NCBI GenBank assembly: GCA_017623595.1
Contig: JAGAOU010000044.1
Span: 173,319 to 237,318, forward strand
DNA length: 64,000 nt
Source: Clostridia bacterium
Lineage (GTDB): Bacteria > Bacillota > Clostridia > Oscillospirales > UBA644
Direction of reading: 5' to 3'
The notes under the pieces are model-generated. The model made no database searches. It saw nothing but the letters and a program-made list of their open reading frames with translations, and was not told the origin of the DNA. Position 1 is the stretch's first letter. Each line of letters opens with the position of its first letter. Position numbers and translations under genes: made by a program. Shown here piece after piece: positions 16,455-24,200 of this stretch.

Positions 16455-17099
16455 TTATTCGTTTGTTTCGTTCTTGAAAAAGCGTAGTTCGATCATCTCG
16501 CGGATCAGGTGCACCGCTTCTTCAATACCGCCGATCTTGGAAACATTGATGCAGAGATCATAGTTTGTCAGATCGGTCCATTTGTTATTGGTGTGGAAAT
16601 TGTAATAGTTGGCGCGGGTTTTATCCTTTTTCTTGATAATATCCGCCGCTTTTTCAAGGGAAATTCCCGCTTCGGCAGCAATGCGAGCCTTGCGATCTTC
16701 CAGATCCGACTGGATAAAGACGCGGTAAACATTGGGATTGTCCCAAAGCAGATAGTCCGCACAGCGACCGATGAACACGCAGGATTCTTCCTCCGCGGCC
16801 TTGCGGATAAAACTTGCCTGGGCTTTGTAAATCCGATCGTTCAGCGAATCCTCGGTCCAGTTCAAAAAGTGGGAGGCTGCGGCGTGGGGCGCCAGAACCA
16901 TCGAGTAAAGGAAGCTCCCCGTGGGCTTTTCGTCTTCCTGCGCCATGACATGCTCACACATGCCGCTTTCCTTTGCGGCCTGGATGACCAGATCCTTGTC
17001 GTAGTATTTTATGCCCAGTTCCTGCGCCAGACGGTAGCCGATTTCGCTACCTCCGCTACCAAACTGACGGCAAATTGTGACGATGAATTTTTTGCTCAT
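16455..17099 (-). CDS. Cytidylate kinase-like family protein (P-loop NTPase)
   Basis: N-terminal RQFGSGGSEIG P-loop variant and the overall pattern of the Cytidylate_kin2-type family. Confidence 0.75.
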   Translation of the reverse strand: MSKKFIVTICRQFGSGGSEIGYRLAQELGIKYYDKDLVIQAAKESGMCEHVMAQEDEKPTGSFLYSMVLAPHAAASHFLNWTEDSLNDRIYKAQASFIRKAAEEESCVFIGRCADYLLWDNPNVYRVFIQSDLEDRKARIAAEAGISLEKAADIIKKKDKTRANYYNFHTNNKWTDLTNYDLCINVSKIGGIEEAVHLIREMIELRFFKNETNE

Positions 17100-17117
17100 G
17101 TGGGCTCCTTTCGCAAT

Positions 17118-18116
17118 TTAGTCCTGATTGTTGACGGTGAATCTCCAAGAGTCTTCGCACATTTCTTCAATGCCCATGGTGGCCTTCCATCCCAGTTCCT
17201 TGAAGGATTTTTCGGGATCGGCATAGCAAGTGGGGATATCGCCGGGACGGCGGGGATCAATGACATAAGGAATCTTATTTCCGCAAGCCTTTTCGTATGC
17301 TTTGATGATGTCCAAAACACTGTATCCCTTACCCGTGCCAAGATTGTACACATTGACACCGGTGGTGGTCATGGCCTTTTCCATCGCCTTGACGTGACCG
17401 AGGGCCAGGTCAACTACGTGGATGTAGTCGCGCACGCCGGTTCCGTCGGGTGTGGGGTAGTCATTGCCGAATACGTGTACTTCGGGATATTTTCCGCAGG
17501 CAACACGTGCAACGTAAGGAACAAGATTGTTGGGAATGCCGTTGGGGTTTTCTCCGATCAGACCGCTCTTATGGGCGCCGATGGGGTTAAAGTAGCGGAG
17601 GAGAACCACGCTCCAATCGGGATTTGCAACAACCACGTCTTCCAAAATGCGTTCGATCATCAACTTGGTGGTGCCGTAAGGATTGGTGGTGGACAGGGGG
17701 AAGTCCTCACGGATGGGAACGGTGGCGGGATTGCCGTATACGGTGGCGGAAGAGGAGAAGAGCATCTTTGTGCAGCCGTATTTCTTCATGGCTTCACATA
17801 AAACCATGGTTCCGAGCAGATTGTTGCGATAGTACATCAAGGGTTTTTTGACCGATTCTCCAACGGCTTTGTAGCCTGCAAAATGAATAACGGAATCGAT
17901 TTTGTTTTCTGCGAAGATCTTGTCCATGGCAACGTCGTCGCACATGTCTGCTTCGTAGAATTTGAAATCCTTGCCTGTAATCTTGCGGATTTTATCCAGT
18001 GCATCGGGCTTTGAGTTGCTGAAATTGTCCATGATGACGATTTCATAGCCTCTGTTGAGCAATTCCACGCAGGTATGGCTTCCGATGTAACCCGCGCCTC
18101 CGGTAACTAAAATCAT
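17118..18116 (-). CDS. galE: UDP-glucose 4-epimerase
   Basis: GGAGYIGSH Rossmann motif, YGxxK-type region (PYGTTK) and a GalE-like C-terminus. Confidence 0.9.
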   Translation of the reverse strand: MILVTGGAGYIGSHTCVELLNRGYEIVIMDNFSNSKPDALDKIRKITGKDFKFYEADMCDDVAMDKIFAENKIDSVIHFAGYKAVGESVKKPLMYYRNNLLGTMVLCEAMKKYGCTKMLFSSSATVYGNPATVPIREDFPLSTTNPYGTTKLMIERILEDVVVANPDWSVVLLRYFNPIGAHKSGLIGENPNGIPNNLVPYVARVACGKYPEVHVFGNDYPTPDGTGVRDYIHVVDLALGHVKAMEKAMTTTGVNVYNLGTGKGYSVLDIIKAYEKACGNKIPYVIDPRRPGDIPTCYADPEKSFKELGWKATMGIEEMCEDSWRFTVNNQD

Positions 18117-18161
18117 GATTCAACACTCCTGTTTTCGTATTATTTTATGTGAGTTTTGTTT

Positions 18162-19640
18162 TTAAAATTCATCTTCATCGTCTTCATCGTTATCATCGTC
18201 GTCGGTTTTCTTGGTTTCAGGGGCGGCGATTCCGCGATGTCTGCGACCTGTGTATGCGGGTTGTTGTTCCTCTTCTTCCTCTTCTTCCTCCCGCTTCCGC
18301 TCTTCCGCGCGGCGACGCTTCCGATTGCGGCGTTGGGTTCTCTGGATGTAGGAAACGGCAACCAATGCTACTGCTAAAAGGACGATGGCAAGGATGATGT
18401 AAAGAATGATCAAAAGAACCGTTTTTACAAACCCCCAAAGCTTTGATCCGAAGGACTGGGGAACAACAGTCTGCGACCCCAGCGAGCCCGTGTCGGTGGA
18501 GACGGGGGGCTGATCCTCTTTTGTGGTAACGTCAAGAATTACCGATCCGAGCACCACGGTGATGTTGTTGTCATCCTTTGCAGAGACGGTTAATGTGATA
18601 TTTGTAGCGCCTTCCATCACCGATGTGGGCAGGGAAGAGACTGTCATTGTTCCTTCTTTGTATTCCACATTGGTGGAGAGCTTTGTTCCTTCGGGAATGG
18701 AAACCAGGATCTTGCGAACGGTCTGTCCGTCCTTGATGACGGGAATTTCGGTGGGCTGAAGTAAGGACGTGGGAACATCAACATTGCGGTAAGCACCGAA
18801 GGAATAATCAAACAGAGCAATGGTTTCCGTGTAGCGTTGCTTGGAGTTTTCAGCGCCGAGAACCACGCAGATCAGCGTTCTTCCGTCCCGCTCCGCAATG
18901 GAAACCATAGTGTATTTTGCATCCTTGTTCCATCCGGATTTTCCGCCCACAGCGCCTTCGTATTTCACATTCATGTCGCTGTTTTTCATCAGAAGGCAGA
19001 TGGTGGTGAAGGAGCGCTCGGAGGCATTTTTGTTGGTGGCGCCCATAGTGTAGGTGACAGCGGTGAAGATTTGACGGAATTCATCGTTCTTCATTGCTTC
19101 TTTGACCAAAAGTGCCAGGTCTCTTGCCGTAGTCCGGTTTCCGGCAGCGGGTTCACCGTCCGCATTGGCAAAGGTAGAGCTCTGTGTTCCCGTGATGGCC
19201 TGGATGCGTGCTGTCATTTTCTCCGCAAAGGCGGTTTCGGATCCGCTGATCGCCGCCGCCACGGTCTTGGCTGCATCGGAATAAGATCCCAGCATGATGG
19301 CATAGAGGAGATCTCGGATCTTCACTTCTTCGCCTTCCACCAAAGGAAGGTTTGTTCCCTTGGGATCAAAGGTTGCGGTAATGTCCTTAGTAACGGTTAC
19401 GGTTTGGTCCGCTTTTCCCGATTCCAACGCCAGCAGCACCGTCATGATCTGCGCGGGATCTGCAGGGGGAAGTTGGGATTTTTCATTTTTCTGGAAAAGG
19501 GTTGCTCCCGTGTCGGCATCAATGACCAGTGCCGCTTCGGAACCGATTTCGGGTTTTACGGGTGCGTCGGCTGCTGCGGAAATCCCAAACATGGAGACCG
19601 CCAAAGCAAATACGCACAGCAGAATTGTTATACGTTTCAT
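18162..19640 (-). CDS. S11 (PBP5/DacB-like) D-Ala-D-Ala carboxypeptidase homologue with a degenerate active site, a C-terminal TM and a highly charged tail
   Basis: Signal peptide and S11-like layout. Where S11 enzymes have PPASxTKxMT this protein reads PPADPAQIMT. SxN is SYS and KTG is KSG. A TM segment is followed by RRNRKRRRAEERKREEEEEEEE...DDDDNDEDDEDEF. Confidence 0.8.
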   Translation of the reverse strand: MKRITILLCVFALAVSMFGISAAADAPVKPEIGSEAALVIDADTGATLFQKNEKSQLPPADPAQIMTVLLALESGKADQTVTVTKDITATFDPKGTNLPLVEGEEVKIRDLLYAIMLGSYSDAAKTVAAAISGSETAFAEKMTARIQAITGTQSSTFANADGEPAAGNRTTARDLALLVKEAMKNDEFRQIFTAVTYTMGATNKNASERSFTTICLLMKNSDMNVKYEGAVGGKSGWNKDAKYTMVSIAERDGRTLICVVLGAENSKQRYTETIALFDYSFGAYRNVDVPTSLLQPTEIPVIKDGQTVRKILVSIPEGTKLSTNVEYKEGTMTVSSLPTSVMEGATNITLTVSAKDDNNITVVLGSVILDVTTKEDQPPVSTDTGSLGSQTVVPQSFGSKLWGFVKTVLLIILYIILAIVLLAVALVAVSYIQRTQRRNRKRRRAEERKREEEEEEEEQQPAYTGRRHRGIAAPETKKTDDDDNDEDDEDEF

Positions 19641-19687
19641 ACTACGTTCCTCGCATTATGTATAATGGCAAAATACGGTATGTATAT

Positions 19688-19716
19688 ATTATACTATATA
19701 TTTTCGAAAATGTCAA
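19688..19716 (-). promoter_or_regulatory. Consensus sigma-A-type promoter for the DacB-like gene
   Basis: On the minus strand: TTGACA (19716-19711), 17-nt spacer, TATAAT (19693-19688). Confidence 0.55.
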
Positions 19717-19726
19717 GTACATTTCG

Positions 19727-19755
19727 GAATATTGTTCGTTTTCCCCTCATAGATT
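19727..19755 (+). promoter_or_regulatory. Sigma-E-like promoter upstream of spoIIID
   Basis: GAATATT (19727-19733), 14 nt, CATAGATT (19748-19755), compared with the B. subtilis sigma-E consensus (-35 ATATT-type, -10 CATACA-T). spoIIID is sigma-E dependent in Bacillus. Confidence 0.4.
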
Positions 19756-19786
19756 CTCTTAGAATCACGATTGGAGGCGTTGAGAT

Positions 19787-20056
19787 ATGGATGATTTGCG
19801 GGAGCGTGTTCTCACCCTGGCGTTGTATATTGCGGAAAACGGTGCGACCGTGCGGGATGCCGCAAAGCAGTTCGGTGTTTCAAAATCCACGGTACACAAA
19901 GACGTAACCTGTCGATTGAAGGAATACCACACCGGATTGTTTGAGCGGGTTCGGGATGTTTTGGAGCAGAATAAATCGGAACGTCATCTGCGCGGCGGAT
20001 ATGCTACACGGGAGAAATACCGACTTTTGCAGAAAAATGAAGCGCATACCACTTGA
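19787..20056 (+). CDS. spoIIID: Sporulation transcriptional regulator SpoIIID
   Basis: Size (89 aa) and HTH sequence ATVRDAAKQFGVSKSTVHKDV match SpoIIID. A GGAGG Shine-Dalgarno is present. Confidence 0.9.
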   Translation: MDDLRERVLTLALYIAENGATVRDAAKQFGVSKSTVHKDVTCRLKEYHTGLFERVRDVLEQNKSERHLRGGYATREKYRLLQKNEAHTT

Positions 20057-20117
20057 CAATTTCTTCGGACGGTGTTATAATAAACACAGACGTTTGTAGC
20101 GATTCGGAGGTGGGGTT

Positions 20118-21149
20118 ATGCAGGAATTGGATTTTTCTCATTTTGATGGGGTGCTTTCTCCCATCATGGTCCTGTCTCCTGCGCTGACGCCCTTGTATGC
20201 GAATCGGGTGGCGATGCGTTCCTATCCCGTGCTCGCCTCCCGAGGCCCGCAGTTTTATTTTGCGGAGGAGACGCTTTGTGCAATCGGAGAAAAATTGAGC
20301 AACGGACAAGCTGTGACCCTGCCTCCCGACAGCAATGTGGATGGCGAAATTCTGTTCAACCCTGTTTTTACACCAAAGGGCGAGCTTTCGTATGTTCTTC
20401 TCTTTGCGGTAAATCCCGAGATGTCCGCCGAAGAGGCTCTTTCTTTGACGGGGGACGAGCTGTTTCGTTCCATTCAATCCGAGATCGTGGAGCCTGCATA
20501 CGATCTTCTCCGCCTGACCGACCGTTTGGAGCGCTCTCGCATTGCTTCCGCTTCCGATCTGGAATTGGGGTACACTCTGTCGGTGATCCGCAAGCGTTTG
20601 GTTCGTATCCTGCGTTTTATTGTGCATAACAGTGAAGAGAGACCCTCGCAGGGGAATCTTGTTGTTACGGATTTTTCGGCGGTGTTGGCTATGTGTGCAA
20701 CATCCTTCCCGCTGCTCGACATTCGTTTCGAAGGACGCTTCTTTGTTCCTCTGTCCCGTGACAGAGCCATTCATCTTGTGGTTACCCTTCTGTCTTCGGT
20801 TCTCTTTTCCCGTGTGAAGGGGAGCCACGTGACGGTTTCTGCGGAGCGTCTTTCTCGGGAAATGGCGTTTTTTATCCGCTTTCGTCGTTCGAGAGAATTT
20901 GACGATTCGGAGTTTTCCGAGAAGGATTTGATCGGCGGTCATTATTATGTCCTTCGAGCCCTATCGGACGTGGGTGGCCATATGGAGATAACTCCCGAAG
21001 AAAAGGATGTTTGCTGTATTAAGCTGTTCTTTCCCGAGGTTCGCTTTGCTTCCTCCGAGGTGGTGCTCGGAGAGCCGAAGTTCGGTCTTACGGATGCGGA
21101 AGATCTTGCATTGCGTTGCCTTCGCCTGCTTATGGATACGGAAGTATAA
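20118..21149 (+). CDS. Hypothetical protein; possibly a degenerate PAS/histidine-kinase-like protein
   Basis: Good Shine-Dalgarno (GGAGGTGGGG). By eye the layout is sensor-like N-terminus, helical DHp-like segment (FRSIQSEIVEPAYDLL, with Ser where the phospho-His would sit) and a C-terminal alpha/beta region ending GGHMEI...KLFFPE. The functional reading is weak. Confidence 0.7.
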   Translation: MQELDFSHFDGVLSPIMVLSPALTPLYANRVAMRSYPVLASRGPQFYFAEETLCAIGEKLSNGQAVTLPPDSNVDGEILFNPVFTPKGELSYVLLFAVNPEMSAEEALSLTGDELFRSIQSEIVEPAYDLLRLTDRLERSRIASASDLELGYTLSVIRKRLVRILRFIVHNSEERPSQGNLVVTDFSAVLAMCATSFPLLDIRFEGRFFVPLSRDRAIHLVVTLLSSVLFSRVKGSHVTVSAERLSREMAFFIRFRRSREFDDSEFSEKDLIGGHYYVLRALSDVGGHMEITPEEKDVCCIKLFFPEVRFASSEVVLGEPKFGLTDAEDLALRCLRLLMDTEV

Positions 21150-22638
21150 ATTTTTTATGACGCTTTCGATCGGTGAGTCCATAGAGAAACAGAAGAAACA
21201 TGGGGATGGACAAGGCTCCTATAAGCAATACCGATCCTTTGGCCAGATTTGCAAAGATTTTCAGCGGAAGCATCGCTGCCAACGCCGCTGTCATCGGGAT
21301 CAGAACACCTTTCCGGAACGGGAAACGAATTCCGCATTCCCGTTTCAGAGAACGGAAGGAAAGTATAAAATTGAACGCAGCGCCGCTGCAAAAAAGGGCG
21401 AAGTAACCACAAATCCCGGTATGGGGAAGGATAAATAGTGCGCCTGCCGTCTGCAGGATGCTTTCCGCAAGATTGATTTTCATAGTGTCCAGCTGGCGGT
21501 TGTATCCTTTCATAATTCCGTCGGTTACTCTGTCGCAGTAGAGAATTGGGACGGTGGGTGCAAGGAGCATGATGTATGTTCCGCAGGTGCCGTCGCTGTA
21601 TAAAGCGAGCCCCAATTCCTTACCGAAGAGCAGTACAAAGACGCAAACAAACATGGCGTATGTCAAGGTCCATTGTAGGACGGATTCGGTTGTTTTTTTG
21701 TTGTCATCCTTGTGCCCGATTGCATTCTCTGCGGTGATCTCGGGAACCAGAAGTTTTGAAACTACCGCAAGAAGTGCCGCAGGAAAGAGAATGACAGGAA
21801 TTGCCATTCCTTCCAGTTTTCCTATGGCGGAAAGAGCTTGCTCCTGTGTCAAGCCGGATGCTTTGAGCCCTTGGGGAACGAGAATCCCCTCCACCATGCC
21901 GATTCCCGATCGGATATATGCGCTGAATGCGCAAGGAAGTGCGATTTTTGCAACCTCCGAGAAGAGATTTTTTGCGGGGGTGTTCGGGTTGTTGAGGGTG
22001 CTTGCTTTTTTGAGATACAACCAATAACCGAAGATACAGGATGAGATTTCCCCCAGGGCCATTCCCGCCACCAGTGCACAGAGGGCAGCGTTTGGGCCTC
22101 GGTCCAGAAATAATGTGAAAAGAAGGACCGTTCCACCGATTTTTGACAGATCTTCCGTGACCTGAAGAATTGTTGAATATGTTGCTTTTCTCAGTGATAA
22201 AAAGAAGCCCTGCAGACTGTTCGCCGCAGACAAGAAGGGGAGCGCAAAGGCTAAAATTTTCAGAGGAGTCTCTGCCTGAGGACAGTGCAACCAATGCCGT
22301 GCGATGCCTTCTGCGCCGAAGAAGAGAAGCACAAAGGTGCCTGCGCCGAAAAGAATACCGTAAAGCAGGCAGTTGTTTAATATTTTTTTAACGCTTCGAT
22401 CCTTTCGTGCCAAAGCTTCCGCGCAGAGCCGTGTGGACGCCACATACACTCCTGAGGAAGCCAACGTGCAGGCGGGGTAGTAGACCGAAAGGACTAACTG
22501 CAGCAGGCCCAACACCTCCGCACCTACCCGATTGGAAACATAAGTGCGGAAGAAAATCCCTACAGTGCTCATAATCAGCGATACGGCCGAGACCGCCGCG
22601 GCGTTTTTGAGAAAACTTTTCCGAATCAAGTAAATCAC
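21130..22638 (-). CDS. spoVB: Stage V sporulation protein B-like MOP-superfamily flippase
   Basis: About 14 TM segments. The N-terminus KSFLKNAAAVSAVSL...RVGAEVLGL parallels B. subtilis SpoVB. GTG start at 22638. The 3' end overlaps the convergent upstream gene by 20 nt. Confidence 0.75.
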   Translation of the reverse strand: MIYLIRKSFLKNAAAVSAVSLIMSTVGIFFRTYVSNRVGAEVLGLLQLVLSVYYPACTLASSGVYVASTRLCAEALARKDRSVKKILNNCLLYGILFGAGTFVLLFFGAEGIARHWLHCPQAETPLKILAFALPFLSAANSLQGFFLSLRKATYSTILQVTEDLSKIGGTVLLFTLFLDRGPNAALCALVAGMALGEISSCIFGYWLYLKKASTLNNPNTPAKNLFSEVAKIALPCAFSAYIRSGIGMVEGILVPQGLKASGLTQEQALSAIGKLEGMAIPVILFPAALLAVVSKLLVPEITAENAIGHKDDNKKTTESVLQWTLTYAMFVCVFVLLFGKELGLALYSDGTCGTYIMLLAPTVPILYCDRVTDGIMKGYNRQLDTMKINLAESILQTAGALFILPHTGICGYFALFCSGAAFNFILSFRSLKRECGIRFPFRKGVLIPMTAALAAMLPLKIFANLAKGSVLLIGALSIPMFLLFLYGLTDRKRHKKFILPYP

Positions 22639-22644
22639 CGGGAA

Positions 22645-22674
22645 ATCTTATGCAGATTTCACTTGCAAATATTC
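22645..22674 (-). promoter_or_regulatory. Sigma-E-like promoter abutting the spoVB-like start codon
   Basis: On the minus strand: GAATATT (22674-22668), 15 nt, CATAAGAT (22652-22645). Only 6 nt separate the -10 from GTG 22638, and no Shine-Dalgarno is visible. Confidence 0.3.
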
Positions 22675-22702
22675 GTCCCACAGGACAGAAAGGCGGCTTC
22701 GC

Positions 22703-23806
22703 GTGGCGAAATACACCGTAAAAAAGCTGGACGTGTCCCGTCCCGCAGTTCAACAAACATCCTTCCGTATTCTTTTTACGGCCTTTAACGATTCTACCGA
22801 CCGAAGAGTTGCCGGGAATATGATCCCCAAAAATACGAATATGTTCAAAAAACTGGAATTGACCGAATGTTACGGCGTTTTTCGCGGCGCTACGCAGATC
22901 GGTTTCGGTATTTTGCGTGATTTGAAAAACGATACCTACCGCATTTCACATATTGCTGTTGACCCCATGGCTCGTCATGACGGCGCCGGCGGAAAATTGG
23001 TCCGTGCCATGCTTCGTGCGGTCGCACAAAAGGGTGGCGGAACGGTGATTCTGCAGACCGATCCTTCGAAGAAATATGAGCGTAAATGGTTTCAAAGCAT
23101 GGGATTTTCTCCTTCCAAACGAGGTACCGATGACGGTGCATCTTTGAGCCTTACTGTTGACGAACGGATTCTGCGATACTTGGATCTCTGCGAATCTCTG
23201 GATCAGTATGTGGATCTGATGTACGGCTTTTATGCGGTGGATGAGGAGCCCTACAGCGATACCTATCCCGTGGCTCTCGTTTTGATGCGCCCCTTCCGCT
23301 GTACCGGCTTTGAAAGCGATGATGCCTATCATGAATTGCTTCTGCGGGAAAAAGACCGCCTGAATGAGGTTCTTCGCTCTGTTGCCATTTCACTGAACGA
23401 TCTCGGCATTCAGAATCTGCCCATGCCTCTGCATCGTCATGATGTGGATGAAAGTCTTGCCCGTAAGGCGGCCGCCCTGCGCGCCGGTCTTGGATGGCTG
23501 GGTAAAAACGACCGTGTGGTGCATCGAATTTACGGGTCTCAGACCGTTTCCTGCCGTATTTACATCAATTCCGATTTTCCCGTCAATTCCCATATCCGTC
23601 ATAATCATTGCGGCGATTGCCGTGCCTGTGTGGATGCCTGTCCTGCCGAATGCCTGAAAAACAAAAAGTGGAGCACCCGCGTGTCTCGTAAGGATATTAT
23701 CGACGAAGCGGCATGTCTTGAGTATCGATCCCGTGCCTATTCTCAGACAGGGCTTTATTCCGAATGTGACCGCTGTGTTCGTTGCTGTCCCGGAAAAACA
23801 AAATAA
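22703..23806 (+). CDS. Fusion protein: N-terminal GNAT acetyltransferase domain plus a C-terminal QueG-like (epoxyqueuosine reductase / reductive dehalogenase family) 2x[4Fe-4S] domain
   Basis: GNAT motif A region IAVDPMARHDGAGGKLV. QueG-like LRAGLGWLGKN, CGDCRACVDACP and CDRCVRCCP. GTG start with a weak Shine-Dalgarno, so the start is uncertain. Confidence 0.7.
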   Translation: MAKYTVKKLDVSRPAVQQTSFRILFTAFNDSTDRRVAGNMIPKNTNMFKKLELTECYGVFRGATQIGFGILRDLKNDTYRISHIAVDPMARHDGAGGKLVRAMLRAVAQKGGGTVILQTDPSKKYERKWFQSMGFSPSKRGTDDGASLSLTVDERILRYLDLCESLDQYVDLMYGFYAVDEEPYSDTYPVALVLMRPFRCTGFESDDAYHELLLREKDRLNEVLRSVAISLNDLGIQNLPMPLHRHDVDESLARKAAALRAGLGWLGKNDRVVHRIYGSQTVSCRIYINSDFPVNSHIRHNHCGDCRACVDACPAECLKNKKWSTRVSRKDIIDEAACLEYRSRAYSQTGLYSECDRCVRCCPGKTK

Positions 23807-23822
23807 TGCCGCATTTTCCTTG

Positions 23823-23849
23823 AAAATCCCCCGAAACGGGGGATTTTTC
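23823..23849 (+). terminator. Intrinsic terminator
   Basis: AAAATCCCCCG-aaa-CGGGGGATTTT followed by T. Confidence 0.75.
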
Positions 23850-23851
23850 TG

Positions 23852-23880
23852 TTGACAAAAACGATAAATTGTGATATAAT
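23852..23880 (+). promoter_or_regulatory. Consensus sigma-A-type promoter (extended -10) upstream of yqfC
   Basis: TTGACA (23852-23857), 17-nt spacer, TGaTATAAT (-10 at 23875-23880). Confidence 0.55.
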
Positions 23881-23957
23881 AATTATAATATAGTCCAATA
23901 TATGGATTGCGGCGGTTTCATATTTTTTTCCTCCTTTGAATATCATGCATCGAAGGA

Positions 23958-24197
23958 GTGGTTGTTATGAAGCATGTCGGTCGGCGATCGGAGATTCCTC
24001 CCATGGAGATCGCCGGAAATTCCCGAATTCTTGTGGGATGCTGCGAGGGTATTTTGGAGTATGAGCCCGAAACTGTTAAGCTGCGTGCGGGCAAGAGAAT
24101 GCTTCGCATTAGCGGTATGGATCTGGATCTTTGCAATCTGACGGAGAATACGGTGCTGATTCGCGGAATTCTGGATTCGGTCGCCTTTGAGGATTGA
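23958..24197 (+). CDS. yqfC: Sporulation protein YqfC (YabP/YqfC family)
   Basis: 79 aa. The pattern ...ILEYEPETVKLRAGKRMLRISGMDLDLCNLTENTVLIRGILDSVAF is typical of YqfC, and yqfD follows. Confidence 0.85.
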   Translation: MVVMKHVGRRSEIPPMEIAGNSRILVGCCEGILEYEPETVKLRAGKRMLRISGMDLDLCNLTENTVLIRGILDSVAFED

Positions 24198-24200
24198 GCC

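Noticed and set aside
16509-17801. 430-aa ORF spanning the antisense of the cytidylate-kinase-like gene and galE
   Set aside because: It crosses an intergenic gap between two well-supported genes on the other strand, and its translation has no recognisable motifs.
18170-18320. Purine/pyrimidine-skewed low-complexity DNA (ctcttcttcctc runs), with a similar stretch at 39780-39850
   Set aside because: These are not tandem DNA repeats or CRISPR. They encode the poly-Glu/Asp and poly-Lys/Arg tails of the DacB-like and YD-repeat proteins.
21130-21149. 20-nt tail-to-tail overlap of the spoIIID-adjacent gene and the spoVB-like gene, with no terminator between them
   Set aside because: Convergent 3' overlaps occur commonly. 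On its own this does not indicate a special mechanism, so it is noted only in the feature evidence.
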